Of a stretch of DNA of 64,000 nt, positions 37,330 through 50,028 are shown piece after piece; the stretch's first letter is position 1, and each line of letters opens with the position of its first letter. The DNA is from Cycas panzhihuaensis. Taxonomy: Eukaryota > Plantae > Cycadophyta. The notes under the pieces are model-generated. The model was not told where the DNA came from and ran no database searches. It saw only the letters and a list, made by a program, of their open reading frames with translations. The stretch spans positions 38,199,741 through 38,263,740 of the forward strand of contig CM041465.1 in NCBI GenBank assembly GCA_023213395.1, read 5' to 3'. The position numbers and the translations under genes are program-made.

Positions 37330-40300
37330 GTTTGGGAATTTGTCAAAATGTGCATTATGGGGGAGTGTTAGAAAAGATCTTGTAATGCACATTTGTCGGC
37401 TTACAAGGTTTATATCTTTACAATGGTCGGTTTATATTATACTCATAAATTTATGAGTATTTAAGCTTTGTATTTTGTACTTTTTTAATCAATTGAAGAA
37501 GAGGTATCTCACGATACCGTTTCGGTCCTGGAATTTTCGTTTGAGTTGCAGATTCAACAAGATAATTGTCCATGAAGAGTTGCCAACAAATATTTTATGG
37601 AAATACTCAATTTCAAAACTTAAGGTAAAAATTATTTATTTTTTCCTTATGTTTTGAGAAATTAAATTGAATTGCATAATTTTGGAAGTACGTGGCAAAG
37701 CCCCCAACCTTACAACCCCCAATCATGTGGAACCCAGAGTGCTAGGGCCATTTTTAAGCCATTTGGGGTTTGTTTTCAACATGTGAGTATGAGATCTATG
37801 GGGCTTAATTTTTTGAGATCTATTGTTCTACAATGGTCACATGGACATGTTCTATGTATTTTTTTGACAAAAACTCAAAAGTACATGTTTTTAAGTCAAT
37901 TTTGGCTACCTATGAGTAGACCGAGGAAGTAAATACATACATACCAATTGCTTGTGTATAGACTGAGGTTTTTAATAGTTTTCATATTTTATTTATGTGT
38001 TTTTTTAGTTAATTTTGTGTGAATCCTATATCTTTGGTAAATAGTACAAAGAACCTTTTTAATAAAGAAAACATGGAGAACTAGAGAGAAGTTTGGATTG
38101 GTTCACTCAGATATCCGTGGACCAATGCCAATTGCAGTGCTTGGTGAAGTAAGATACTTCATCACTTTCATTGACAACTTTTCACAAAAGGTTTGGGTTT
38201 TTCCATTGAAGGAGAAGGCACAAGACTTCACCTATTTCAAATTATTTAAGGAGATGGTAGAGAATGAAAGTGGACACAAAATTAAGGTCTTGCAAACGGA
38301 TAATGGTGGTGGATACGCTTTATATGGATTCAATCACTTTTGTAAGAAGCATGGAATCAAAAGGCAGTTTGCCACTGCCTACATACCCCAATAGAACAAA
38401 GTTGCTGAATAAATGAATAGAACTTTGGTTGAAAAAGAAAAATCTATGATGAAAGGCAAGGATGTATCAGATCATCTATGGGATAAAGCTGTGAACACAA
38501 CTGCATATTTGATGAACAAAAGCACTATGATGGTTGTTAGGAACAAAACACCCAAGGAGGCTTGGTTAGATAAGAAGTCAATTATTTGCCTTTTGAGAGT
38601 TTTTGGGTGTATGACATATATGCATACTCCAAAGAAAAAATGACAAAAGCATTAAGTGCATCCTTATGGGATAATTTGAAGAAAGTAAATCTCATAGAGT
38701 TTATGTGTTGACCAAGAAAGTACACACAATTCGTGATGTTATTTTCAATGAAGTTGACAGTAAAGATGTGGGTTCAATTGAAGCTCGGGAGCAGATTAAG
38801 GAGTCGTCTAAATGTAGCCCTTCAAGGGACATTAATCAACCTGAATTTGAACCATTTGACATTGCAAAAGTAGCAAAATTGGAATCCTTCTAGTTTATGG
38901 AATCTAAACCTAAGCAAAAGCCAAAGATAGAGTCAAAGTCAAAGTCAAAGTCAAAGAAACCTTCCATGCCTTCACTTTCATCTTTGAACAAAAAGCTCCC
39001 TTGTTGGTGCTTGAAAACTATGGAGGATGTTGATATGTTATTATCTGAGTTGAAGGGAAAGAAGAAAATCCAAAATGTGACCACCTAATTAGGTGAATAT
39101 TGCTCTTATGGCATGTGTGTTGAATGTTGATGAACCTTCTACGAATGAGGAAGCTATTAAAGAGCAAAAGTGAAATGGCATTATAGATGCCAAAATCCAA
39201 GCTGTTAAGAAAAACCACAATTGGGATTTGGTCAGATCGCCTGCTAGAAAGCATGCAATCAATTGCATATAGATCTACATAGCCAAGTACAAATTAGAGG
39301 GATCTATAGACAAATTCAAGACTAAACTTGTAGTGAAAGGCTTCGAGTAGTAAGAAAGAATCAACTACCAAGAAACATTCACTCCTATTGTAAAGATGAA
39401 CACTATTTGCTTCATTGTAGTGATGACTACACAATTCAATTAGTAGCTTCATCAAATGAATGTGAAAAGCGCATTTCTAAAAGGGGACTTGACAAAAGAG
39501 GTCTACATGGAACAGTCAAAGGTCAAGAGCACTTGGTATGCTGACTCAGAAATGCCTTGTACGACCTGAAATAGGCTCTAAGAGCTTGGTATGAAAAGAT
39601 TGATCAACACTTCTTCAAGAATAGATTTGAGAGATCACCAACTGATTCAAACATGTACATCAAAATCTTAAATAATAAAGTAATATTTGTGGTGTTGTAT
39701 GTTGATGACCTGCTTATTAATCACAAGTAATGACATCAATATGATATCAAACTTAAAAGCAGGATTAAGACATTTCTTCAAGATGACAGACCTGGGAATT
39801 TTACATTACTTCTTTGGAGTGGAAGTATGCCAAAGGCCTAGACGTGTCTTCATCTCATAGTGAAATATACTTGGGCAACTCTAAAGAAATTCATAATGGT
39901 TGATTGCAAGCTTGCGCCTATCACCATGGAGGCAAGTTCCAAGTTAGCAATTGAAGATGGTGGAATAAATGTTGATGCAATGTTGTACATACAACTAGTG
40001 GAGAGTCTCATATACTTGATTACTACCAGACTTGATATTTTCTTTGCAGTTGGAATGGTATCTAGGTTTATGAAAGTGTCAAAATAGTCATTGAAAAGTT
40101 GTAAAAATGATCCTCAAATATTTGAAGGAGACTATATAATATGGACTAGAATTCATATACAATGACAACTTCAAGTTAGAAGGATTCATAGATTCTAATT
40201 GGGCTAGATGTGCAAAAAATAGAAGGTTGACTTTTGGATATTGTTTATGTTTAGGATCAACTACTATCATATGAGGCAATAAAAAGCAATCAAATGTTGT

Positions 40301-43300
40301 TTTGTCCATAACTAAAGCAAAGTACAAGGTTGCAGTTGCAGTAGCTACTAAAACCATTTGGTTATGCTAGATTATGGGCTACATGGGACTACATCAATTA
40401 GAACTAATTATATTGTACTATGATAATCAAAGTACATTGAAGATTGCTAAAAACCCTATGTTCCACGCTCGCACCAAACACATTGAGATGCACCATCACT
40501 TTATTCATGAATTGATTCAAAACAAAATGATTGAGATAATGTACAAGTCTATGGAAGAACGATCAACTAACATCTTTACCAAACCAGTGGCCTAAAATAA
40601 AATTCAGGCTTTCAGGATTGGTTTAGGTGTTAAAACTAATGAAGTGAACATGAGGGGGGAGTATTGAATATTAATGTTTACATTGGCTCATAACATATAG
40701 TTATGGGCCTCCCCCTTATCATTGTATTTTAATTATTCATTATTGAAATGTGAAAATGGTGAGTCATTGGGGATTACTGAACATTCCTTGTGTGTTATTA
40801 GCCTAGAATGTAATAAATATTCCTTTTTATGGTTGTATTTATGCATTGGGTTGTGCATTGTAATAAAGGATAGATTAATGAGTTAAAGATGAGTTAAAAT
40901 AATTTTGAAATTAATTTTTTAATTGTGTTAAGTGTTTATCCTTCTCATGCTTAGATCCTGGTTGTGCAAAATTAATTTTTTTATTGTGTTAGTGTCTATC
41001 CTTCTCATCCTTAGATCCTAGTTGTGTCCCTTTCTACAATGACTTCCTCCACTAGGCATAGTCTCTTTCATGAACTTAAGTCCAATCTTACAATTACAAT
41101 ATATGCTCTTACTGAGGGTTACAATAAAAATACATGAACTTTCCTCGTGTTACAATATTCTCCCCTTAGTGACATCATTGCCCTCAATGATTCATGGACA
41201 ACAAATCATTTACCTTTATAGCGGCCTTAGATTCCCAAGTAGCCTCTTCAATTGGCCAATCTATCCATTCTATCAAGTACTCAATAATTTCTTTGCTTCA
41301 TAGGCTTCAAGTCTTAATATCAAAAATTCTTTCTAGTTCATACATTATAGCATCAACATCTTGGATATCGATGATGATAAGAATCTTCTTGTCAAAACAT
41401 GATAAAACTTTTTTTAACCATCTCACATGGAAAACTTGGTGTACCTTCATATGTGATGGAAATTGTCAATGATAAGCCACATCACCAACAATTTTCAACA
41501 CCTTAAATGGTCCACAATACAATGGAGATAACTTTGAACAATATCTTGTGGATAGTTAATTACCCCTTGGTTTTATTAAAACAAAAACCTATTCACCCAC
41601 TTCAAAAGGTTATGGTGTCCAATGTTAGTCTACATAAAATTTGGTTTTTTTTTTGCAACTAGTTATTGTAGATTCCACGTCTTTGTATTTCATTAGCTAA
41701 TTGCACCTTGGTTTAAACGATACCAAGAGAAAGAGGAATTATTGGATTATAACTCAACATTGCCTTGAATGGAGATATTTTCATGGATGGTTGCAGACTA
41801 TTGTTGTGGAAGAATTTCACTAACTTCTCCTTTCAAGAAGTTTGCCAAGGATGATCCCCACTACTGAAACACAATTTGTAGCATTCCTTCCTCCTACCTG
41901 ACCGACTTCTAAAAGAACTATTTGGCCAACTTCAAATGAGTAAAAACTAGATTATTTTTTGGCTGACTTCACGTTATATTTTGGCCAACTTTATAATGCA
42001 TTATCGCTGACTTTGAAAGGATATTCTGGCCAACTTATATCTTCCCTTATGGCCAAGCTTTTTAAGCACCTTTTGAGCCATGTATATAAAGGGATCTTTG
42101 GCCTCTTCCTAGATTATGTTAAGTGAAATTGAGCTGCTGTATTTTCTGCCTAGAGGGCTGCATTTTTGGAGAGCACTTTGCCTCGAAGAGGAAGTCTAGG
42201 ATAAGCATTTTATCTGTAAGTTTTATACCTTTTATTTTCATTGTATTTTCATTCACTCAGTCTGTTATATATATCTATATGCAAGTACTACATTACATTG
42301 CTCTGCTTTTTAGTTAATTATATGCATTCTTCCTATATTTTAGCGATATTCTATGCTAGTTGGTTACTTTTCTATATAAAATCCATGGGGGCCTCGCTTC
42401 AAGTGGTATCAGAGCCTCATTGGACACCAGCCTGAGGGAGATTCAACTCTATTATAACATGAAAATCAAAGGAAGATCAGGAAAAAACTATTCTCCTTTT
42501 TACCCCAATTCCTTCCAAATGGAACTAAGGTCAAGAAGGGCTCTACAACAGAGCAAGATGGTGAATAACCCGTCAATAACTATGGGAGACATAGATAGAA
42601 GGGTCAACCAACTGAATGATAAGATATCACGTATGAATACTCTATTAGAAGGGACCTTAAACGACCTCAAGAACTCACTGAACAACATGAACAGAAGATT
42701 GGACAAGATTAAAGAAGAAGGAGAGACATCAGGAGAAGACAAATCCCAAGAACACAAAGATCATTAGAAGTTCGAAGAGAAATTCTACAAGTGAAAGAAC
42801 CAAAGGGATCACCAATAAAGAAATCAAAAGGATTTTGAACCTAGAAATAGCCTTAAAGGGACACAATTCTTTTTAGAAAAATTTGACCCTAACAAATCAA
42901 GGGATATTCGTAGTTGGATACTTAAAATGGAAACATGCTTCTAAGCATGCACCCTACCTGATCAAGAGCAAGTCTTAATAGCATCTCTCCATCTATGCGG
43001 CAAAGCACTCGAAAAGAACTTGCAGGGAGGCAACAAGCAATGATTGGTAGTCGCTAAAAACAAGACTTATAGAGTAATATGAAGAGACTTGGAACATAGA
43101 TTATTTCTCTCAACTCACCCAGTTACAACAGATGGGTTTAATTCAGGGCTACACCAAGCAATTCCAAACCTTACAAAGCTTAGTCACACAAAACATATCG
43201 AGTGAACTCATTACCGAAACTTACATCAGAGGACTTAAGGGTAATATCAAACATTGAATAAAAACAATGGGAGATGCAAATGCAAGGGAAGCTATCTTGA

Positions 43301-46300
43301 TGGCCAAGAATATTGAAACAAAGTACAAAGAGAATCAACCCACTTATAGTCGATGAAGTGAGCCAAGCCCTAGTTTCCAACCCAATTGGAATAGGTCAGG
43401 AACAAAGATGGAGCCACCGCTGGCAGAGAAGGGTGCCAGTGACACGAACAGGGGATCAAGAAAAGAACATCTAAAATAAGGAACATGTTTTAAATGCGGG
43501 GGAAAATGGAATAAGGATCATCAATGTTTATTGAAGAAAGTATTCATGATCAATAACGAAAACATGACCATTCTAGAAGAAGACTAGGAAGAAAAAGGAA
43601 AACTTCCAAAAGAAAATGATGCAACTGAAGTGGAAGAGCTCTTAGATATGGACACAGAGAATGTGCAGATATCACTACATGCTATTATAGGATAGATTAT
43701 CACTCCTCAAACCCTACATTTTCGGGGAATGATTAGGGGAGCACCGATTGCCATTCTAATTGACAGTGGAAGCACCCACAACTTTATCAATAGACCAATT
43801 GCAAAAGAATTAGGGATACATATTGAAGCACTCAATGCCTTCCAAGTTGCCATCACCAACCGAAAGACAATGACATGTGGAGGATATTGCCAAAAGGTGA
43901 GTCTCCAGATTAAAGACTATTCGATGACCACTTGCATGTTCGCAATGCCAATAGGAGGAGTAGATACTGTATTAGGAATACAATGGCTACAAACCTTAGG
44001 AAATGTAGTCACCAATTACAAAACTTGATTTATGAGTTTTTGCCAAAAGGGGCACAAATATATGCTGCAGGCTCCCCACACACCCCCAATGCAACTGGTG
44101 ACATCTCACTGCATGGAGAGAATCTTAAAGAAGAACCCATCTACATATAAAATAACCTGTTCCAAGATTGCAATGGAAAATGTTCCAACAAAAGTTCAGG
44201 CAATCATAAATAAATATAGCTCAGTATTTGAGGAACCACCTCTAAGGTTACCCCCGAATCGAGGATGGCATCACGCCATTGAGCTAGTACTAGGAGCCTC
44301 TCCAATGAATATTCACCCCTGTTGTCACCCTTACCATCTTAAAAGGGAAATCAAATAGATAACTAAGGAACTTCTGTAGCAAGGATATATTGCGAATAAC
44401 ACTGGTCCTTTCACATTTCCTGTCATATTAAATTGTAAGAAGGATGGCTCATATCGCACATGTGTGAATTATCGGGAATTAAACAAGCTGAATATCAAGA
44501 ATCACTATCCCATTCACGAAGAGATGATTTGCTAGATGAAATACATGGAGCAAAGTATTTTTTAAATATTGATCCACAGTCAGGATACTACCAAATTCAG
44601 ATCAATGAGGAAGATATGCACAAAACAAATTTCCATGCTTATGGAGGATTATTTGAATTTCAGGTTATGCTATTTGGGCTAACCAATGCACTGACAACTT
44701 TTCAAAGTATAATGAATACTATACTCAAACCCTTCTTACAAAAGTTTGTGCTGGATTTTTGATGATATTCTAATTTATAGTTCAACATGGAAAGAACATT
44801 TGGAGCATATCAAAGTAGTTCTTCAAGTTCTAAGAAGCAACTGATTCTTTGCTAATAAATGCACCTTCGAAAAAGATGAGCTAGAATACTTGGGGCATAT
44901 TCTTACTCAAGAAGGTACTAAGATGCATCCCAAGAAGGTGTAAGCCATTATCAATCGGCCTAATCACAAGAATGTAACAGGAGTAAGGAGCCTTTTAGGG
45001 GTAGTAGGATTTCTCCAAAAGTTTATTAAGGGATATGCCCACATAGCATCTCCCCTAACGGACCTCACGAAGAAGGATACATTCACATGGAACCCTATAG
45101 TAGAAAATGCCTTTTAAGAACAAAAAAGGGCCATGATCATAGCACCCATGCTCGCAACTCTAGATTTCTCTCAACCTTTCACTTTAGAGTGTGGGACCAA
45201 AGTAGGAGTCATCCTCCTCTAGAATAATCGGTCGCTACCATACGAAAGTCGGAAATTAAATTGTGGGGAAAGACTCAAGCCCATCTATGATAAAGAGATG
45301 CTTGCAATCATGCACACCATACACCAATGGCACTAATACTTGCTAAGAAATAAATTCATAGTCAAAACAGACCATGGCGACCTTAAATATTTCCTCAATC
45401 AGAAGACATTGTCTGATGAACAATAAAAATGGGTAAGCAAATTTCAGACATTTAATTTTAGCATCTTGTATAAAAAAAGAAAAAAAAATGTTATTGCAGA
45501 TGCTCTATCAAGATTACCCAAAGAAAATAATAGAGACATCTCCCTAAAGGCAATCTTAGTAGCCATCCCCAGTTGGACACAAGAATTAGTTCAAGAGTAC
45601 TAGAACGACCCCCCCTCATAGAAGGTGCTAAAAGAGATCCAAGACAAGGAATCTATGAAATACGAACCAAAAAGAGATCTAATTTTGTAGAAAGGAAAGA
45701 TATTTATCTCAATCACATCAAAAGTAAAGGGGAGAATATTGGGGGAAGCCCATTCCATTTCAATTGTGGGTCACATAGGGATCAATAAGACTTATCACAA
45801 AATACAGAGCTCCTTCTTTTGAAGGGGGATGAAAGTTGATGTTTTCAAGTTTTTATTAGAGTGTGACTCTTGCTAGAGGAATAAAAGTGAGAACATAAGA
45901 AGCCCAGGTCTACTCCAACCATTGCATATCCCACAATAGAAATGGGAAGAAATTTCAATGGACTTTATTATAGGCCTACCAAAATTTGAAGGTAAGGATG
46001 CTATCCTTGTGGTTGTCAATAGACTAACAAAATATGCTCATTTTAGGGGACTACAATCAATGGCAAAGGCCAACCAAGTCATAGAGATATTCATGAAAGA
46101 GATATACCGTCCACATGGTCTTCCTAAAGTTATAGTCAGTGACCATGATCCAAAGTTGACTAACCATTTCTAACAAGATTTGCTTAAATTAGGAGGTACA
46201 AAATTGTTAGAATAATGTTTAATTATATAATGCTAGGAAACCCTCTTAATTCATTTATTAAATGCTAAATTAGTGTCATTTGTTAATGTACTAGTTATAA

Positions 46301-46721
46301 CTATTCTCACATATGGCTGAACAATCGTGAAGTGACAATGTACTATAAGTATGTATGCATATTTCCACAATAATCGGGAATGGTCATTTCCCACAAGATC
46401 TTTCGTCTTTTGTACATACTTTGTTCTTTCGTTTCTTTGTTGTTTACAACTTTATCACCTTGTGGATTTGCATCTTCAACATAGTATCAGAGTGGGTTTG
46501 GCTCGAGATTTCTCATTTTTAGTGAGCAATGGACGAATCTTGAAGTGGGAACATTAGGTGAATGCATCACAGTAGTAGAAATGGTTACATATGATGAGCT
46601 GCAACCCAACGTAATAATTTTTTAACTCTTATTATGATTCTTGCGTTCTATATTGAGGGCACCTCTACATTACCGGCGAGCAACTTGATCACAAGTGCAT
46701 TTTAGTGTATCGAAGGCCGAC

Positions 46722-47337
46722 ATGGGCAATGTAGTGCTGTAATGCATGAAGCAATGCTCGAATGGCGATCAAACAATAACAGTAATGAAAATGGATGGGT
46801 AGGTGTTGAAGTTTGAGGGTTCGGTGTACGCAGAAGAGATACTGTACAACTATCCAAACTATGCAATATTTCATTCTGAATGTGTGCATCATTTTGGAGG
46901 TAGAATCTGACTGTTGAAGGGGAGCGCAGACTTGCTTGTTAGCGAGCTTTATTACCTCATTCCACATCCTTGCTACTTTGGCACCTCCAATGCATGTGGG
47001 TTGCAAGAAACGCCCTCCAATTGCACTAAAAGTTGCCTTCGTCGCATCTCATTTAATGGTCCATGAAAAATTGTCCATAGAAATCGTTCTGTCGTCTTCT
47101 CAGGACGGTGTTGTTCGGTTGAAGTTGCTAATATCCAAGAAGGAACTGGCAACTCTCATGTCCGAAAGCATTGATGCAACCACTATGGTCGAAAGCATTG
47201 TCAGTCCTCTGTTAAATCAAATGGATGTACTCAATCCAAACAATACTCCTTCACTAACCAGTAGATTTGGAAGCTTTTTGTGGAAGCCAGAATTGGAGAG
47301 CATTCCTAGGATCAATGTTACATTGAGCTCTATGTAA
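46722..47337 (+). pseudogene. Captured DUF4228/PADRE-domain gene copy (near full CDS)
   Basis: MGN..ITVMKMDG*VLKFEGSVYAEEILYNYPNYAIFHS..ELYYLIP, then DGVVRLKLLISKKELATLM and WKPELESIP, which are family-typical motifs. Stops and frameshift present. Confidence 0.85.
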
Positions 47338-47399
47338 TAGATTAGATAGATTTGCAGCAACTTGAATTGAACAAAATTTTTTAATTATTTTAGCTCAAG

Positions 47400-47685
47400 C
47401 CATTCATTCAGATCAGAGTTTGATAGACGAAGTTCTATATCTTCATTCTCTTTGGCGTCAAGGTTCCTCGACCAAGCCAAGGGAGGTAACTGAGAAGATG
47501 ACCAGGAAGCAAAAGAAGCAACAAAAAGAAGTAAAGATTTCAAAGGTTTGAGGCAGGAAGGAGGAAGGCGACATTGCCAAGGAGAAAGAAAAGCTACTCA
47601 GTGATAGACAGAGCAACGACAAATGGAACAATGAGTGGAATACCGGAACCCAAGTTTTGGAAGTGGAGTGGAATTCTACTCCTTG
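47400..47685 (+). pseudogene. Captured N-terminal fragment of an At1g78810-like uncharacterised plant protein
   Basis: SDQSLIDEVLYLHSLWRQG resembles the recalled family motif EVIYLHSLWHQGPP. Confidence 0.6.
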
Positions 47686-47724
47686 AAAAATTGTGGAGAC
47701 TAAGCCTTTGTCCAAGGAAGAGCC

Positions 47725-48148
47725 ATGGATACACCGGGCCAATCTATTGCACATGAAGTTGTAGGCATCCATGATACGCTATGGTTTGGCCTTCTTGCTA
47801 TCAAGGGCAACATTCTCATTACGCATCTAGTCCAAGTTATTCATGACAATACTTGAAAGCAGGAAAGAGAAATTGAGCAGACTCTTAGCAAATATGTATG
47901 GATCTGCTTTTCCCTTGAAGATGGACATTGAATGGCAAATTCTTTCAAGGTTTCAGAGACCTCCAGGTGATTTGTAATCTTCTATGTTAGGTATTGAGTC
48001 ATTGATTGGTGTTTTGGAGGAGTTTGCCTTCAAAGATTATCTCAATGATCCTCGAGAGTCAGAAAGCTTTGTGCCTGTTGAGATACATCATGGCATGGAA
48101 GTTCGTCTAGGCCTTTCCAATGGGCTAGTTTGTTGTGTTTTTAGTTAA
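47725..48148 (+). pseudogene. UMP1: Captured intronless UMP1/POMP proteasome maturation factor CDS (full length, disrupted)
   Basis: MDTPGQSIAHEVVGIHDTLWFGL...LANMYGSAFPLKMDIEWQILSRFQRPPG..SSMLG...DYLNDPRESESF..IHHGMEVRLGLSNG, followed by a T-rich 3'UTR-like tract. Confidence 0.92.
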
Positions 48149-48340
48149 TATTAGTTTTGGATGTGTTGATATTTGATTTTATTTCTATTATTATAGATTG
48201 AATTATGTCATGTCCATTTGGTCATTTTAAAGCCTTTTGAAGGGGCCAATTATGGCTAGATTAAGTAGCAGCAAAAAGTTTTGTGATCTGTCAAAAAGTT
48301 CTTCAGCCACAGAGAGGATGTTGATTCCACGAAAGACGAA

Positions 48341-48460
48341 GACGGTCATTGGAGAGTTTTGCCCTCCATGAAAGTTGAAAAGCAACAATCATTTGCATGC
48401 GCCACTTTCGATTGTTATATTTATGTGGCGGGTGACTGTGATGATATTGATAATATAACT
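48341..48460 (+). pseudogene. Captured Kelch-repeat fragment (F-box/kelch-like)
   Basis: WRVLPSMKVEKQQSFACATFDCYIYVAGD fits the Kelch consensus W..LPSM..R.FFAC....IYVAGG. Confidence 0.72.
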
Positions 48461-48484
48461 CTGGATGGTAGCATTCAAAGATCC

Positions 48485-49545
48485 CACTGATGTTTGGATA
48501 TTTGAAAAAAATGATGGTGGACCACGTGCATTTAAGGTTTGGTAATTTGACAAAGGCTACAACCTTTTGATGTAGGATGGAAGTGCAGAAGAATAATAAC
48601 GATTCTTTAGCTTTTTGTAGATATTCATCCATGTTGATCTTAATGAGAGTATTGCTATTGTAGTTGAGGCTTCCATCATCTTCTGGTAAATGTGAGTCTA
48701 GTGGAAACTCTAGTAGCATTGTTTCAAAAAATGAAATTTCAGTTCTAAACACATATACATTAAAAGTCTAGTATCTTCCTCCGATTGGATTGGTATGTGT
48801 TTTGCCTAAATCATATCCATGCAATTCTCCTCCCTAGTTTGCAATCTAGGCTAATTGGTTGGACTTTGTTCAAATTTCTAGGCTTTGTAATAGCTTGGAC
48901 AATATTTGGATTGAAGAGTTAGGAGAGGCAGTGATATACAAATGGGCAGAGTGGCTATGCAACTTTACTCTTTCACACCTAGGATTTCACAATGAGGTGG
49001 ATCCGGGTCCATACAATGTTCCAAGAATTGTAGATTAGTGAGCAATTTCAGGATGCATCTCTCCAAATGTTGATATTCCTTGGTTAATGCATTACAATGA
49101 TCAAAGAAAAAATGAAGAATTTTGGAGGACTCTACACGTGTGCCCTATATGCTCCATTGAATACCAAGGACAAAATTTGTCAAATTACTATGCCAACATA
49201 TCGTCTATTGGAAGTGCATGGAAACCTACTCACATGTTCATGTGAAAGATGGTATTGTCAACAAGTTGAATTGCCCTGATACTAAGTGCAGAGCTTCTAT
49301 ATCACTTGATTTATTAAAACTATTAGTTGGGGATGAAGTGTTTGAGTGATGGGAATCCTGATTGTTGTAGAAGACATTGGATTCAATGGTGGATGTGGTG
49401 TATTGTCTCATGAATTAATATTCTTGGAGGATGAAGACCACCCTGCGCAATGTGGAGCATCAAAATTCATGTTGAGTGGGGGCTAAGCAAAGAAAAATGG
49501 AGCAGGAACTAATTAATGAGCTCCTAAGTATGAAGAAGATAAGGA
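48485..49545 (+). pseudogene. Captured RNF14/ARA54-like RBR E3 ligase fragment (RWD, RING1, part of IBR)
   Basis: YLPPIGLVCVLPKSYPCNSPP, VIYKWAEWL, HVCPICSIEY, CMETYSHVHVKDGIVNKLNCPDTKC, KTLDSMVDVVYC, LEDEDHPAQC, EQELINELLSMK. One intron-like GT-AG segment at 48537-48620. Confidence 0.88.
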
Positions 49546-49949
49546 TTTTAAGATTGCACATCTTGCTTTTTGAAGTAGGATTAAAAAGGTTCATGCACAA
49601 GCATGCATATATACTTGAATATGTAGATTCTTTTGTGTTGTTTGACGATAGAAATGCTCATGCAAGCTCCTAGTCTATTGCCATCAAAGGAGTCAGTTGT
49701 GGTTTGGAATTCACATCTTGGAGAACTGTTGAGTTAAAAGGAAAAAGTATTTTTTAAGAGAATTATGTTATAAATTTTATGAGTCACATCTTATGTTTTA
49801 TTTCTCTATTGTTGATACATGTAAGCCAAATGATGGTTGCATGGTTGTTTTGAGTAGGATAGCAGGTATATGGTATCTTTAAGGGACTGTTTACAAAGGC
49901 TTCAAGGATCATTAGTAATCTTGGAGAGCTCAGAGTTTGGGACAGTGAC

Positions 49950-50028
49950 AGGCTTGGAGAGACCAAGCAATGATAGTGGCAGGTTTGGAGAGACCAAGCA
50001 ATGATAGTGGAAGGCTTGATGAGACCAA
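49950..50028 (+). repeat. 31-bp tandem repeat, about 2.5 copies
   Basis: aggcttggagagaccaagcaatgatagtggc repeated. Confidence 0.85.

Larger units (their letters stand above)
34503..37559 (+). mobile_element. Young 3.06-kb non-autonomous Copia-type LTR element carrying captured host sequence
   Basis: Perfect TSD agata/agata. 194-bp LTRs (34503-34696, 37366-37559) differing at 2 positions. PBS tggtattagagc 34697-34708, PPT atgggggag before 37366. Confidence 0.95.
32395..41038 (+). mobile_element. Copia LTR retrotransposon lacking gag/PR, with decayed INT-RT-RNase H
   Basis: Perfect TSD atgac/atgac. LTRs 32395-32704 and 40662-41038. PBS tgggatcaaagc 32705-32716, PPT tgaggggggag 40651-40661. 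INT ORFs 38098-38643, RT ~39130-40140, RNase H ORF 40374-40595 (DNQS..NPMFHARTKHIE). Confidence 0.9.

Noticed and set aside
48303-48752. 149-aa minus-strand ORF
   Set aside because: Antisense shadow of the Kelch and RNF14-like cargo on the plus strand.
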